Positions 43,464-54,917 of a stretch of 64,000 nt of DNA are shown here, one piece after another. The first letter of the stretch is position 1, and each line of letters opens with the position of its first letter. This stretch comes from Thermodesulfobacteriota bacterium. GTDB lineage: Bacteria; Desulfobacterota_D; UBA1144; Nemesobacterales; Mycalebacteriaceae. The position numbers were made by a program, and so were the translations under genes. The DNA lies in NCBI GenBank assembly GCA_965198945.1, contig CBDAQI010000004.1:32001-96000 (forward strand), in the 5' to 3' direction. A model generated the notes under the pieces. It was not told where the DNA came from and searched no databases. It was given only the letters and a program-made list of their open reading frames with translations.

Positions 43464-43805
43464 TTACTCCGCTTTTGCTTGCGGTTCAATGCCTTCGTAT
43501 TTGTGGAGTGAAGCCATCAGTTTTGATATATTGCTCAAACTTGGATTTCCCTCGGAACTGACCATTCTCATTACGCTTCGTGGCTTTTTGTCAACCATTT
43601 TTGCCAGTTTTTCAAACCCTACGGATGCGATTATGCAGTCCCGCAGTATGCCTTTTGCAATTTCCGGCTCTCCGTTGGCAAGACACTCCATCGCTTCTCT
43701 TAAACAGGCAACCCTGAGCTTCGGGCTTTTCCGCAAATCCTCTATCATTCTTTCCGAAAAATCCACAAGCATCTCGCTTTGCTGCGGTGTTAGTTTCAGT
43801 TCCAT
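43464..43805 (-). CDS. Addiction-module antidote (HTH) protein
   Basis: VGFEKLAK...RMVSSEGNPSLSNI; overlaps toxin stop. Confidence 0.8.
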   Translation of the reverse strand: MELKLTPQQSEMLVDFSERMIEDLRKSPKLRVACLREAMECLANGEPEIAKGILRDCIIASVGFEKLAKMVDKKPRSVMRMVSSEGNPSLSNISKLMASLHKYEGIEPQAKAE

Positions 43806-44167
43806 CGGACATCTCCCTCTTTCTTTCTTGCCTTGTATTCTACCCAAAGTTTCTTTGCGGTTTCAATATCGCGTCTCTGGCCTTTTTTCGTTCCTCCGCC
43901 GAGCAGGACGACCAACCTGTCGCCGTCTCTGCCGAAGTAAATGCGGTATCCGGGACCGAAATTCAAGCGGAATTCGCTCACGCCTTGCCCAATCGGTTTT
44001 GCGTTTGAAAAATTTCCTTCCCTCATACGCCTGACTGCAGTTTGAACCTTTGCCTCTGCCCTCTCGTCAAGACTATCAAGCCACTTCCCGAAAGGACTCT
44101 TGCCATCTTTACGCTTGTATTCAAAAATTATTATTTTGCTTTCCAGCAACACTTGCGGTTTGTCCAT
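43796..44167 (-). CDS. RelE/ParE-family addiction-module killer protein
   Basis: GKSPFGKWLDSL, GVSEFRLNFGPGYRIYF, LLGGGTKKGQ. Confidence 0.9.
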   Translation of the reverse strand: MDKPQVLLESKIIIFEYKRKDGKSPFGKWLDSLDERAEAKVQTAVRRMREGNFSNAKPIGQGVSEFRLNFGPGYRIYFGRDGDRLVVLLGGGTKKGQRRDIETAKKLWVEYKARKKEGDVRWN

Positions 44168-44297
44168 TAATTTGGGAGATAGAGCGTTCTAATGGTGGAA
44201 AGAATACTGAAAGAAGTTTGAAGAGTGAAGTTGTCTGCACTGATTGTGCTTCAAACTATCCGCTTCTTGATATATATTCAGCGGTGGAGACGAAGCG

Positions 44298-44504
44298 ATG
44301 AGACAAGTAATGATTTACCCCGGTGAAGACAGCTACTGGGTTGCCGAATGTCCGAGTCTGCCCGGTTGCATATCTCAGGGGAAAACAAAACCGGAAGCCA
44401 TTTCCAATATCAAAGAAGCGATTGACGGATATATCGCCTCTCTTGAAGATGACGGAATGTCCGTTCCGAAAGAAGATTTTGGCGCGATGGTTGTCGCGGT
44501 ATGA
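44298..44504 (+). CDS. HicB-family antitoxin
   Basis: WVAECPSLPGCISQGKTKPEAISNIKEAI. Confidence 0.9.
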   Translation: MRQVMIYPGEDSYWVAECPSLPGCISQGKTKPEAISNIKEAIDGYIASLEDDGMSVPKEDFGAMVVAV

Positions 44505-44638
44505 CCGCTTTGCCCGTTGTTTCGGGGCGGAATTGCGCAAAAGCGCTCGGTAAAGTCGGATTTGTTAAGAAGATGAATAATCGTGGCCGTGATTGTGGAA
44601 CAAACAAAGCGTCATCCACGACCAGGTCCCCAGCTTGA
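44501..44638 (+). pseudogene. Truncated HicA toxin
   Basis: MTALPVVSGRNCAKALGKVGFVKK, then unrelated sequence; lacks the GSH motif. Confidence 0.75.
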
Positions 44639-44647
44639 CCGGCGGCT

Positions 44648-45037
44648 TTATGAGTGCAGTTCGATCAATTGAATAAGGTTGCCGCAAGTGTCATCAAAAA
44701 TCGCTGTTTTGGCTTCGCCGGCTTTCATTGGCGGTTGCGTGAAGGTGACGCCCGCGGCCTGAAGTCTTTCCACCTCAGCTTCAATGTCATCAACGCTGAA
44801 TGCGGTGAACGGGATGCCGTTCGCCACGAGCGCTTCCTGAAAGGCGCGCGACGCGGGGTGCGCATTGGGCTCCAGCGCCAATTCCACGCCGTCTGGTTCT
44901 TCCGCTGAAACAACGGTGATCCAACGATGCTCCCCAAGCGGAATATCATGCTTGATTACAAACCCCAGCGTTCTAGTGTAGAAAGCCAGGGCTTTCTCTT
45001 GGTCCTCAACGACCACGCTCTTTATGTACATTTTCAT
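44648..45037 (-). CDS. VOC/glyoxalase family protein
   Basis: VEDQEKALAFYT, GIPFTAFSVDD, FDDTCGNLIQL. Confidence 0.9.
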   Translation of the reverse strand: MKMYIKSVVVEDQEKALAFYTRTLGFVIKHDIPLGEHRWITVVSAEEPDGVELALEPNAHPASRAFQEALVANGIPFTAFSVDDIEAEVERLQAAGVTFTQPPMKAGEAKTAIFDDTCGNLIQLIELHS

Positions 45038-45039
45038 TT

Positions 45040-45295
45040 CGCACCTCTTTATAAAGAATGGCTGGAACCAGGGATTGACAGTGTCCTTGAACGAAGCAAC
45101 CGTCAGCAAATGAGCTTTTTTCCGCTCCCGCTAGGCGGTGCTGATCAATCCTGCCTGCTCAAGCGTATTCAAGTGTCGGGTAATATCTCTGCAAATGCTA
45201 CAGAACGTTCCTCGGTAAGGTAAGCGCACAGCTCAAACAGGCTTTGATCATTCCGTTTTCTCAGCTGTTTGAGAATTAAGAGAAGCGTATCGTCG
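45040..45295 (-). pseudogene. ArsR/SmtB-family regulator remnant
   Basis: Manual translation DDTLLLILKQLRKRNDQSLFELC.../ITRHLNTLEQAGLISTA* with a frameshift and a stop. Confidence 0.7.
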
Positions 45296-45582
45296 CCGAA
45301 CGCATAATCTCGCACTGGTCTTCAAAACCGCATTCTCTGATGTTCTCACCGATAATGTCCGCCACGCGAGGGCTTTTTTCAATAAATACAACCGAGTCCG
45401 CGCCTCTGCTGAGATTCTATTCCCAGAGCGCCTGATCCAGCGAAAACATCCAGAACTCTGGCGCCTCCGGTATCTCCTAAAGTGTCAAACACAGACTTTT
45501 TCACCCGTGCCGCCATCGGGCGCACACCTTTTGCGGCGGTTTTGATTTTTCTGCCTTTTGCCGAGCTGTTTATTACTCTCAT
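45296..45582 (-). pseudogene. Partial duplicate of rsmD (5' half)
   Basis: Co-linear with 43148-43436; 2-bp deletion near 45410; truncated against the ArsR remnant. Confidence 0.9.
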
Positions 45583-45673
45583 ATCCCAACAAAGAATACC
45601 GAAAGGGTGTGGAGGTTTGAAGGGGAGTATTAAAGTTTGAATGAAAATTGAAGTAAAGATACAATAAAACGTT

Positions 45674-48600
45674 TTGAACAACCGGCGATTTACTGCTTCA
45701 GCGCGTCTCGGAGTGTGGGACGCCCTTGATGGCGGACATGGTAGTTTTGTTAAGTTTCTGAATAACGTTTCTCAAACTAATGCCCACGCTGTCATTGAAT
45801 CTGACAGCTTTGAGTTTGCCGATACTAAAGATGATACTATTGCCTCACTAACTGCTATCTGCGACAAAATTATTGTCCGTGGTAATCCAACACTACTGGA
45901 TCTAAAATCCGAACGCCTATTGATGAGCGGACTTTGCCAGCAGTTTCTGGGAGCGGAAGAATTGAACGAAGGACCCACGGTTGGGTTCCGCTTTTCCGGT
46001 GGTTTTAACAAAGATAGAGAACTTCGTGCCGCCCTTGAGGAACTACTGCTTCTTCCCTTTTCAGGCAATTTCCCTTCCCGCGAACTGACTTCTAAAATGA
46101 GAGAAAGCGTTGGTGACGAAGAAGACAGGTTTTTTGACCAGTTCAAATCTGTTTTTGGTAAAGGACTTTCGCTGTTCCTTCACAGTCAGATTAAAATCAC
46201 AGATTTGGCGCAGTATCAGAGGATTGATTCACAATTAAGTAACAGCAGAGTTGACTTTGTTTTCAATGCGAACGGTATCCGCTGGGTTTTTGAAATAGAT
46301 GGTGAACAGCACAAAGAAGCAGCACAAAAGTCTTTGGACAAAAAGAGAGATGCTTTCCTCAAAGAACACGGATGGAACGTTTACCGGTTTTCAAATGAGG
46401 ATGTTCGTCAGGGACTGGAAAAACAACTTTTGGATTTAATGAATTAGGGGATTTGCAATAAGATTCAATACAAGAGGCAGTTTCCAAATCAGAAAACCAC
46501 GCTGTTGCTCTTTACTCGGTTTTATTTCCAATTGCTTTGCAACGGTGTCTTCGCGGGTTGCTCTATCTTTATTTCTGTGAAGTTCTTGATCCCCGCAAAA
46601 GGCAGAGATTGTTGGTCATAGAAGAGGATTTGCCCGTTTTTGCAGAAGCATTTCGAGTTTTTCAAGTCATCTGGGAGAAAATAAACATTCTTACACAGAA
46701 TACGCCAACCCGCTCCCAAACCGGAAATTGACATCGTTTTAGCGAGTGACTTTGCGGATAAGCGCTTCACGGATTCCGAACAGGATAGTGTGCGTTTTGT
46801 TGATTCCCCGAATGGTAATTATGATTTGATTCTCTCTCACAGTTCTTTTTTGTTTGCAGGAGATATTGGACACAAAGAGAAGGTTCATACGGACAAACGC
46901 AATGAGAAAATTGTGCGTATGAGACGTGCTGTAGGTTTATGCGTTGAGCGTTCACTGCAACGGTTTTCGCCTTTACGCTATGAACTTGCCGACCTTGAAG
47001 AGATGATTTCTCAACAAAACTGCGAGAAACTCTCAGCGGGTGCGGAGAGAAAACGGGAAGCACTCCTGTTTTTTTGAGGAATGTATTCGGTAAACGCGAC
47101 TTCCGGGAAGGACAGTTGCGTGTAATTATCCGCCTTCTACAAAGAAAATCCTCAATTGTACTTTTGCCGACCGGCGCAGGGAAGTCTCTCACCTACCAAC
47201 TCAGCGGCCTTCTTTTGCCCGGTATGACACTTGTTGTCGACCCGCTTGTGGCTCTTATGAATGATCAGGTCCAGAATCTGCAAGCTGCCGGGATAGATAT
47301 AGTAGATTCCATAAGCAGCGGTGATCCGTCTTCCAGAAGTGCGGTTTTAGAAAAAATGCAGAATGGTGAGATTGCGTTCCTGTTTATATCTCCGTAGCGC
47401 TTGCAATCCCAGGAGTTCCGGAATCATTTGAGGGCTGTGGTTAATGATTTTCCCGTCTCTCTTGCTGTCATTGATGAGGCGCATTGTGTGTCGGAATGGG
47501 GACATGATTTCCGTCCGTCTTATCTGCATTTGTCTCGCAATTTGAAACACTACTGCGGTGGCGTTAATAACAACCCGCCGACATTTGTGGCACTTACAGG
47601 CACAGCATCTTTTGATGTTCTTACTGACATTCAAATGGAAATGGAGGTCCAAGATGAGGAAGCAGTTGTTTTGCCTAATTCATTTGACCGTCCAGAGTTG
47701 AGGTTTGATGTTCGCGTAGTTCAGTCCAGAGAAAAGATGGGTAAATTGATTGAGATCAAGAGAAATTTGCCCCGCACTTGAGGCTTAACCCTCAGAACTT
47801 CGGTGATTTAAGAGGGGATGAAACAAACTGCGGCATTGTCTTTTGTCCACACGTCAATGGGACCCTTGGTGTTGTGCAAGTTGCTGAAAGACTTGGACAT
47901 AAAAACTACTATTCCGGTAGCAAGCCCAGAGCGTTTCAAGGAAGTGATCAACAGTGGAACCAAAGAAAGATTTCTGTCCAAGAGGACTTTAAAAGAAACG
48001 CCTCCCAGGAGCTTGTTGCCACCAAGTCTTTTGGCATGGGGATTGACAAACCCAACATTCGTTACACAGTTCACTACACCATGCCTCAGTCTGTTGAAGC
48101 GTTCTATCAGGAGGCTGGGCGGGCTGGCAGAAACGGCAGGCAAGGATATGCTTTGTGTTCAATTATTTACAGTGATGATAATTGGGACTATGCCCAGGAA
48201 CTACTCAATGAGCCGGACCATAGCAAAGCCCGCAAGAAATTTGAAACAAACAAAGTTAAATGGGATGACAGAGGTGATATTCTCACCCTGCTTTGGTTTT
48301 TATTCAATTCATATCAAGGACAAGATGAAGGAGAAAAAGCATTTGATTTTTGGAAGCGGAACCTTGCTCCGAAAGTCGAACGTTTGCCGATTGGAGCGAA
48401 AAATACGGCAGATATTTCTTTCACATCTGAAAAAGACCGTGAAACCAAAGAGAAGTCTATTTTTAGACTCATGTTGCTGGGTGTAGTTGATGACTACACG
48501 ATTGATTGGCAGAAAAAACATTTTGCAGTTCAAGTTAATCAAACAGACTCTCTTAAGATCAGGGAACACCTTCACAAATATCTAAGTCAATACAAACTTG

Positions 48601-49322
48601 GAGACTATGCTGAAAAAAAGTTGAAATCATTTCCCCAAGATACGGTTGAGAACTCACTGCAAAAAGCGCTCAGTATCATGATTGATTTCATCTACGATGA
48701 AGTTGTTGCAAAGCGTAAACAGGCCCTTCGCACAATGGGCGAGTTGTGCCGCAATTTTAAAGACGGTGAAAACTTTCGTGAGTCCATTCTTTCATATCTG
48801 CAAGAGTCTGAGTTTTCAGATGAATTGAAAAAGTGGGTTGGCTCTAGTTACAACGACATTGGACTTGAGCGCATAGACAAATTGTTAAAACAAGTTGACG
48901 GACTTGACCAGGCCAAACGACTTGTAGGCACAACGCGTCGCATGTTGGATGAAGACCTGGGAAACTTGGCTCTCCGTTATCTTTCCGTTTGCGCTCGCAC
49001 CATAAGCGAGACGGAAAGTGACAAAGGTATTCTTGATGAAACCAGAACATTAGCAACTCAGATTCAATTGCAGAGAAAAGACTTAAAAGATTGTGATGAT
49101 ATTCTCATTTCTCTCTCGCTTTACATAGATTCCAAGCGGAGTTCCTTGTTGAATAGAGTTGGCAAAATCATTTTTACCCATGCTGGAACGTATGCCTTTT
49201 CGCGGCGTGTATTGAAATCTGGACTTTTGCACAACAAGGTTTTTTATGAAAATTCGGTTGAATTAATTAGCCTCAAAGTTTTTCAAACCTTAAAAGAGAT
49301 GAAGTTTCTCAAAAGCAAATAA
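45674..49322 (+). pseudogene. Large RecQ-family helicase with N-terminal DUF559/Vsr-like nuclease domain; multiple lesions
   Basis: RVDF...FEIDGEQH...RDAFLKEHGWNVYRF; LPTGAGKS, FISP*RLQ, IDEAHCVSEWGHDFRP, FGMGIDK, YQEAGRAGR across at least six ORFs. Confidence 0.82.
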
Positions 49323-49338
49323 TTGTTAAAGTCCCGAT

Positions 49339-49974
49339 ATGTCAGATCCTAACAAAATTTTAGAACTGGAAGAAACATTGGAGAAATTGGTTTCTGAACT
49401 TAACCGTATGAAAACTGCGGCGGAAACCCTTCAAGATGCGGGAAAACGCATGGATGAGGTTTTGGGTGCCGCAGAAAATATTGCGACTAAAACAAAACAG
49501 GTTCCGGCTCACATAAAAGGTTTTATAGATGAGACTGAAAAATCTGTGGAACAAGTTATAAGTGAGTCTAAGAAGGTATTAGAAACTCTTTCTAAAACTG
49601 ATTTTAATAAACTTGCGGAAGCCGTTACTACAATCAAATCAGATATAGAGTCTCTTGAGGATGAGTTCCAGAATAGCAACAGACAGACTATAAGTGAATT
49701 GGGTGAAGTTAGGAGCAAGGTTTCTGAAATTGAGTCCTCGGTGCAGGTGTTCAGGAATGAGTTCCGAACTGAAAGAGGGAAAATTGAAGAGGATATTGGC
49801 GGAGTTGATAGCAGGCTTGTTGCTGTTGAGTCTATAATAGAGAAGATGAATCAAAAATCAAAGACAAGACAGTATGTGACAATGAGCTTTGTCATTTTGA
49901 CATTTTTCGTTGCTCTCGCTGTTCTTTTGGGAATATTTGCCCCAAGTGTTATGGAATTGACTTTGCCCTTTTAA
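49339..49974 (+). CDS. Coiled-coil protein with C-terminal transmembrane anchor
   Basis: Heptad-rich sequence; hydrophobic YVTMSFVILTFFVALAVLLGIF; 16 nt after the helicase stop. Confidence 0.75.
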   Translation: MSDPNKILELEETLEKLVSELNRMKTAAETLQDAGKRMDEVLGAAENIATKTKQVPAHIKGFIDETEKSVEQVISESKKVLETLSKTDFNKLAEAVTTIKSDIESLEDEFQNSNRQTISELGEVRSKVSEIESSVQVFRNEFRTERGKIEEDIGGVDSRLVAVESIIEKMNQKSKTRQYVTMSFVILTFFVALAVLLGIFAPSVMELTLPF

Positions 49975-49983
49975 TTCAGTTAT

Positions 49984-50697
49984 TCACCCCTCCGCCATTA
50001 TTTCAATAATTCGCGGGGCAAGGCAGTTCAGCATCAGGGTTTGCATTGGCGATTCATCGCCGGTTTGGTAGAAGTCAATCATCAGGCGGTTGAATTCAAG
50101 CTGCTTGCTTGCGGGCAGATTGATAACGGGCAATCCGCATGAGAGCAGAATGCCGTTCATCATTATTCTGCCAATGCACTTGTTGTCATCATAAAAAAAC
50201 TGTGTTCTTGCCATTTACAGAAAAAGGGATACGGAGTTAGCGTAGGTTCGCTCAATGTCCGCTTCCCGTTGATATAAAAAAGCGGTGTGTTTTTCCTCCA
50301 ACTTCCGCCATTTTTCTCTCAACTCCGAGGCATTCGGCGGTTCGTAATCCGTGCCGGCCATTGTAACGCCGCCGTCTCTGAATTTTTCCCACAAAAGCGC
50401 TTCCCGCTTTGCGAGAATTCCGTGCAGTTCGCAAACAAAACTTTCAGAAAGATTGAATTCATCGGTTTCCAGCCGCTTTAAGAGAAACTTCCACGTTTCC
50501 GCCTGATTCAGCGCAATGGTTTCGTCTTCCAATCGGTGTCCGCCAACTGTTACGCCGTCAAGCAAGGTTTGCACTTCGGGCAGGGTGAAGTTCACCCCTT
50601 CAAGGTTCACCGCATCGCAGACCAATTCGGGCAACTGTTTTGCGGCAAGCAGAACGGCTTTTTTGCGGTTTGGTTTGATTTTTGAAAGGTCAGGCAT
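49984..50697 (-). pseudogene. Fic-family protein with in-frame stop (50215-50217)
   Basis: NLEGVNFTLPEVQTLLDGVTVGG; LFL*MARTQFFYDDNKCIGR degenerate Fic motif. Confidence 0.8.
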
Positions 50698-50822
50698 TGG
50701 AGGCAATAATATACGCTTCGGCCGGGAAAATTGAATGGGCGCACGAAACAAACCGCTGATTGATTAAGCTCCGTATTTGTAATATAGTAAAGGAATTCCA
50801 AACCTTTTCCGGTTTTCAAAAT

Positions 50823-53337
50823 ATGGCAGAAGACACATCCCGTTTCGTTCCCGCAAGCATTGAAGATGAGATGAAGGAGTCTTATCTCTCCTATTCAATG
50901 AGTGTGATTGTGGGCAGAGCGCTGCCCGACGCCAGAGACGGAATGAAACCCGTTCACAGACGCATTCTCTACGGTATGCACGAAGCCGGGAACGCATGGA
51001 ACAGACCTTATAAGAAATCCGCCCGAATAGTCGGGGAAGTGATGGGTAAATTCCCACCCTCACGGCGATTCGGCAATTTACGACACGCTTGTGAGAATGG
51101 CCCAGGATTTCTCAATGCGATATCCGCTTGTTGACGGGCAGGGAAATTTCGGCTCAATGGACGGTGACCCGCCGGCCGCGATGCGCTACACGGAAGTCCG
51201 TCTTGACAAAATTGCGGGAGAGCTTCTGGATAATCTTGACAAAAACACGGTTGATTTTGTTCCAAACTACGATGGCGGAGACGAGGAGCCGGTTGTTCTT
51301 CCGGCGCGTCTGCCCAACCTTCTGCTTAACGGCTCCGCAGGAATTGCCGTCGGTATGTCAACAAACATTCCCCCGCACAATCTCGGCGAACTTGTTGACG
51401 CTATTGCGGCTCAAATAAAAGACCCCAATATAACTACCGCGCAGCTTATGAAACACCTCCCCGGTCCGGACTTCCCGACCGGAGGATTCATCCACGGCAG
51501 CGCTCCCATAAAACAGATATACGAAACCGGAAGAGGGATAATCAAAATCAGGGCGAGAGCCGCCATAGAGAGACAGAAAAAAGGAGATCGCAGCCTGATA
51601 GTGATAAGCGAGGTTCCTTATCAGGTCAACAAAGTCAGGCTCATAGAGCGCATCGCTGACCTTGTCAAAGAAGACAAAATAAAAGGAATAAGCGACATTC
51701 GCGACGAATCTGACAGAGACGGAATACGCCTTGTAGTGGAACTTAAAAGAGGCGAGAATGCCGAGGTAATACTCAACCAACTCTACAAAAACACCCAGAT
51801 GGACACATCATTTGGTGTGATAATGCTTGCGCTTGTCGGCAGCAAGCCGGAGATCCTTCCTCTCAAAAGCGCTCTTGCCAAATTCATAGAGCACCGCAGG
51901 GAAGTCGTAATACGCAGAACCCTGTTTGATCTTGAAAAAGCCGAAGCGCGGCTCCATATCCTTGAGGGTTTGAAAACGGCTCTGGACCACCTGGATGAGG
52001 TCATAAAACTTATAAGAGCTTCAAAAAGTCCCGAAGAAGCCAAAAACGGTCTTATGGCGAAACTCTCCCTGTCCGCCATTCAGGCACAGGCGATTCTTGA
52101 CATGAGACTGCAGCGGCTCACCGCTCTTGAGAGAAACAAAATTGTTGAAGAGAGAGACGAACTTCTGAAGACTGTCGCCGAGGTCAGAAAGATTCTTGCA
52201 AGTGAAGATCTCATCATGGAAATCGTAAGCGATGAACTGAAAGAGATAAAAAAGAAATATTCAGACCCGCGAAGAACCGAGATAATTGAAAACGCCGAAG
52301 AGATTTCAATGGAAGACCTCATATCAGATGAAGATATGGTCGTAACAATTTCCCACGAGGGTTATATAAAAACCACACCTCTCAGCATTTACCGCAGCCA
52401 GAGGCGGGGCGGCAGGGGCAAGAAGGGAATGACCACCCGTGAGAGTGACTTTGTTGAAGACCTTTTTACGGCTTCAAACCATGACCGGGTGCTCTTCTTT
52501 ACCAATCACGGCAGGTGTCACTGGTTGAAAGTTTACGAAATCCCCGAAGCCGGTAGAACCGCAAGGGGCAGGGCCATGGTTAACCTGCTGAACCTCGGCC
52601 AGGGTGAAAAAGTGGCCGCCGTGCTTCCGGTGAAAAAGTTTGAGGAAGACAAGTTTATTCTTATGGCCACACGGCGCGGCATTGTTAAGAAAACGAATCT
52701 GATGGCGTATTCGCGTCCGCGTTCGGGCGGAATAATCGCTCTGAACATAAAAGACGGAGACGAACTTGTCGCAGCGCGCATAACAAACGGAAGCAGTGAG
52801 ATTTTTCTCTCTTCACACGAAGGCAAGGCAATCCGTTTTGAAGAGGAGAAGGTTCGCGCGATGGGCAGGGGGGCGGCAGGAGTGAAGGGAATGGGGCTGG
52901 ACAAAAACGATTTCCTGGTGAGTCTTGAAACCGTTGAAAATCCCGAGGCGCAGATTCTGACGGTTACCGAAAAGGGTTTTGGCAAAAGGACGCGCGTTTC
53001 CGATTACCGGCGGACAAATCGCGGCGGCAAGGGAGTTAAAACCGTTGATATAACAAATAAAAACGGCAAAGTGGTCGGTGTTTTTCAGGTTGCGAACGGA
53101 ACGCAGCTCATTCTTATAACCACCCCCGCCGGAAAAGTAATCAGGGTCAATGTGAGCGAGATAAGGAGCACCGGGCGGGTTGCCCAGGGCGTAAGGATAG
53201 TACGTCTTGACGAGGGTGAAACCATTGCGGCTGCGGCGAAGGTTGTTGAGAGAGAAGACCCTGATATTGAGAAAGATGAAGCTGTTTCACAAACGGCCAA
53301 CGGCGCTGATGAGGCGGCGGAAACTGACGAGGATTGA
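50823..53337 (+). CDS. gyrA: DNA gyrase subunit A (+1 C near 51054, probably a sequencing error)
   Basis: [32 protein letters not shown], GyrA-box QRRGGRG. Confidence 0.97.
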
Positions 53338-53344
53338 GGCGGGA

Positions 53345-53839
53345 TTGCGCCGCGAAATAGAAAATGTTTTTACATACCTTCCGGGCAACAACTGTTTTGC
53401 CTGCCATCCGGAAAATGAGCTCGGTTTGAAACTGAGGTTTTACGCAGATGACCAAAGCGGTGAGGTTTTCACAACACTCACTCCCGAAAAACATTTCAAC
53501 GGATTTCCCGGAATTCTTCACGGCGGGATCCAGTGCGCGATACTTGATGAACTCGCCTTCTGGGCAATGTTTGACAAAGTGGGCAAGCTCGGCCTTACAA
53601 CCCGGATTGACCTGCGCTATCTCGCTCCGGTCGGTTTTGACGCCCCGCTTGACGCGCGCGCGAAAGTGTTTGAGCAAAAAGACAGAACCGTCCGTGTTTC
53701 AGCCGCAATTAAAGGGAAAAATGGTAGAGACTCGGCAAGAGCCATTGTGACATATACGCTTCCCGACAGAAAAACCCTGAACTCCATTCTCGGAGAGAAT
53801 ACACTTAAGGGGAAGTTTGAAAGGTATATCAAGGAGTGA
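53345..53839 (+). CDS. PaaI-family thioesterase
   Basis: CFACHPENELGL, GILHGGIQCAILDE. Confidence 0.85.
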   Translation: MRREIENVFTYLPGNNCFACHPENELGLKLRFYADDQSGEVFTTLTPEKHFNGFPGILHGGIQCAILDELAFWAMFDKVGKLGLTTRIDLRYLAPVGFDAPLDARAKVFEQKDRTVRVSAAIKGKNGRDSARAIVTYTLPDRKTLNSILGENTLKGKFERYIKE

Positions 53840-53885
53840 AGGTATTTTCACAGTATAAAATTTATGGAACCCGGAGTAACTATAA

Positions 53886-54917
53886 ATGAAAGATTATAAG
53901 AACAGGTCTTACTTATCCGTGACGGAAGTTGCTTCATATTTGGGAACTACCGTTAAGAATGTTCACAGTCTTGTGCGCTCAAAAAGTTTGAAGAGTTATA
54001 AATCAACAAGTGGTCAATATAGATTTGACATCAAGGATATAAAGAAAGCTGTTCCGATGATAGGTAACAAACCCTTTCAGCATATTGACACAGAAACTGT
54101 AATTGAGATTGAAGAAACAAAGCAGATTCTTTATCTCGGAGATTCTCGTAGGATGAGCAAGGTTGACGATGAATCTGTCCACTTGTCCATTACTTCACCT
54201 CCCTATTTCAATACAAAAATGTATTCCCAGGATAGCAAAAATGATTTGGGCAATATACATGAACTGGAACAGTGGCTGACCGAAATAGGAAAAGTTTGGG
54301 GTGAGGTTTTCAGGGTTCTGCAAGCGGGCAGGAAGTTCTTTCTAAACATAATGAATCTACCTGTAAGACACAAAGGTAGTTTTAGGACACTTAATCTAAT
54401 AGGAAAGACGATTGATATATGTGAGGAAATAGGGTTTGTTTTCAAGAGAGATATAATTTGGCAGAAGACTAACGGTGTTCGTGCCCACTTTGGAACTTAC
54501 CCTTATCCCGGTGGTATTCTTATAAACAACATGCATGAATTTATTCTTGAATTTGACAAACCTGCAAAGCCGGGAACCAAAAAATACTCTCACTTGACAA
54601 AAAAACTGAAAGATAAGTCCAAGTTGACAAAAGATTTTTGGTTGTCTCTAAAAAACTCCGATGTGTGGATTATGAAACCGGAAAAGAGTGGAGGCAATCG
54701 TAAACATATAGCTCCATTTCCTATTGAATTGCCGTTGCGTCTTGTAAAAGCATACAGTTTTGTCGGTGAAACAGTCCTTGATCCTTTCTGCGGTTCTGGT
54801 ACAGCTCTCATTGCGTCTGCACGGGAGGGTCGTAATGGTATAGGATGTGAACTCAATAAGGATTTTCTTAATCATGCAAAGAGTGAGCTTAATAAGGAGA
54901 AAAATCGGCTTCTATGA
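53886..54917 (+). CDS. Beta-class N4/N6 DNA methyltransferase with N-terminal excisionase-type HTH
   Basis: YLSVTEVASYLG...GQYRF HTH; ITSPPY; HIAPFP; VLDPFCGSGT. Confidence 0.88.
   Translation: MKDYKNRSYLSVTEVASYLGTTVKNVHSLVRSKSLKSYKSTSGQYRFDIKDIKKAVPMIGNKPFQHIDTETVIEIEETKQILYLGDSRRMSKVDDESVHLSITSPPYFNTKMYSQDSKNDLGNIHELEQWLTEIGKVWGEVFRVLQAGRKFFLNIMNLPVRHKGSFRTLNLIGKTIDICEEIGFVFKRDIIWQKTNGVRAHFGTYPYPGGILINNMHEFILEFDKPAKPGTKKYSHLTKKLKDKSKLTKDFWLSLKNSDVWIMKPEKSGGNRKHIAPFPIELPLRLVKAYSFVGETVLDPFCGSGTALIASAREGRNGIGCELNKDFLNHAKSELNKEKNRLL

Noticed and set aside
51050..51060. Programmed frameshift or pseudogene in gyrA
   Set aside because: Extra C in a short run within the conserved HPHGD motif of an essential gene, with no stimulatory signal; sequencing error is most likely.
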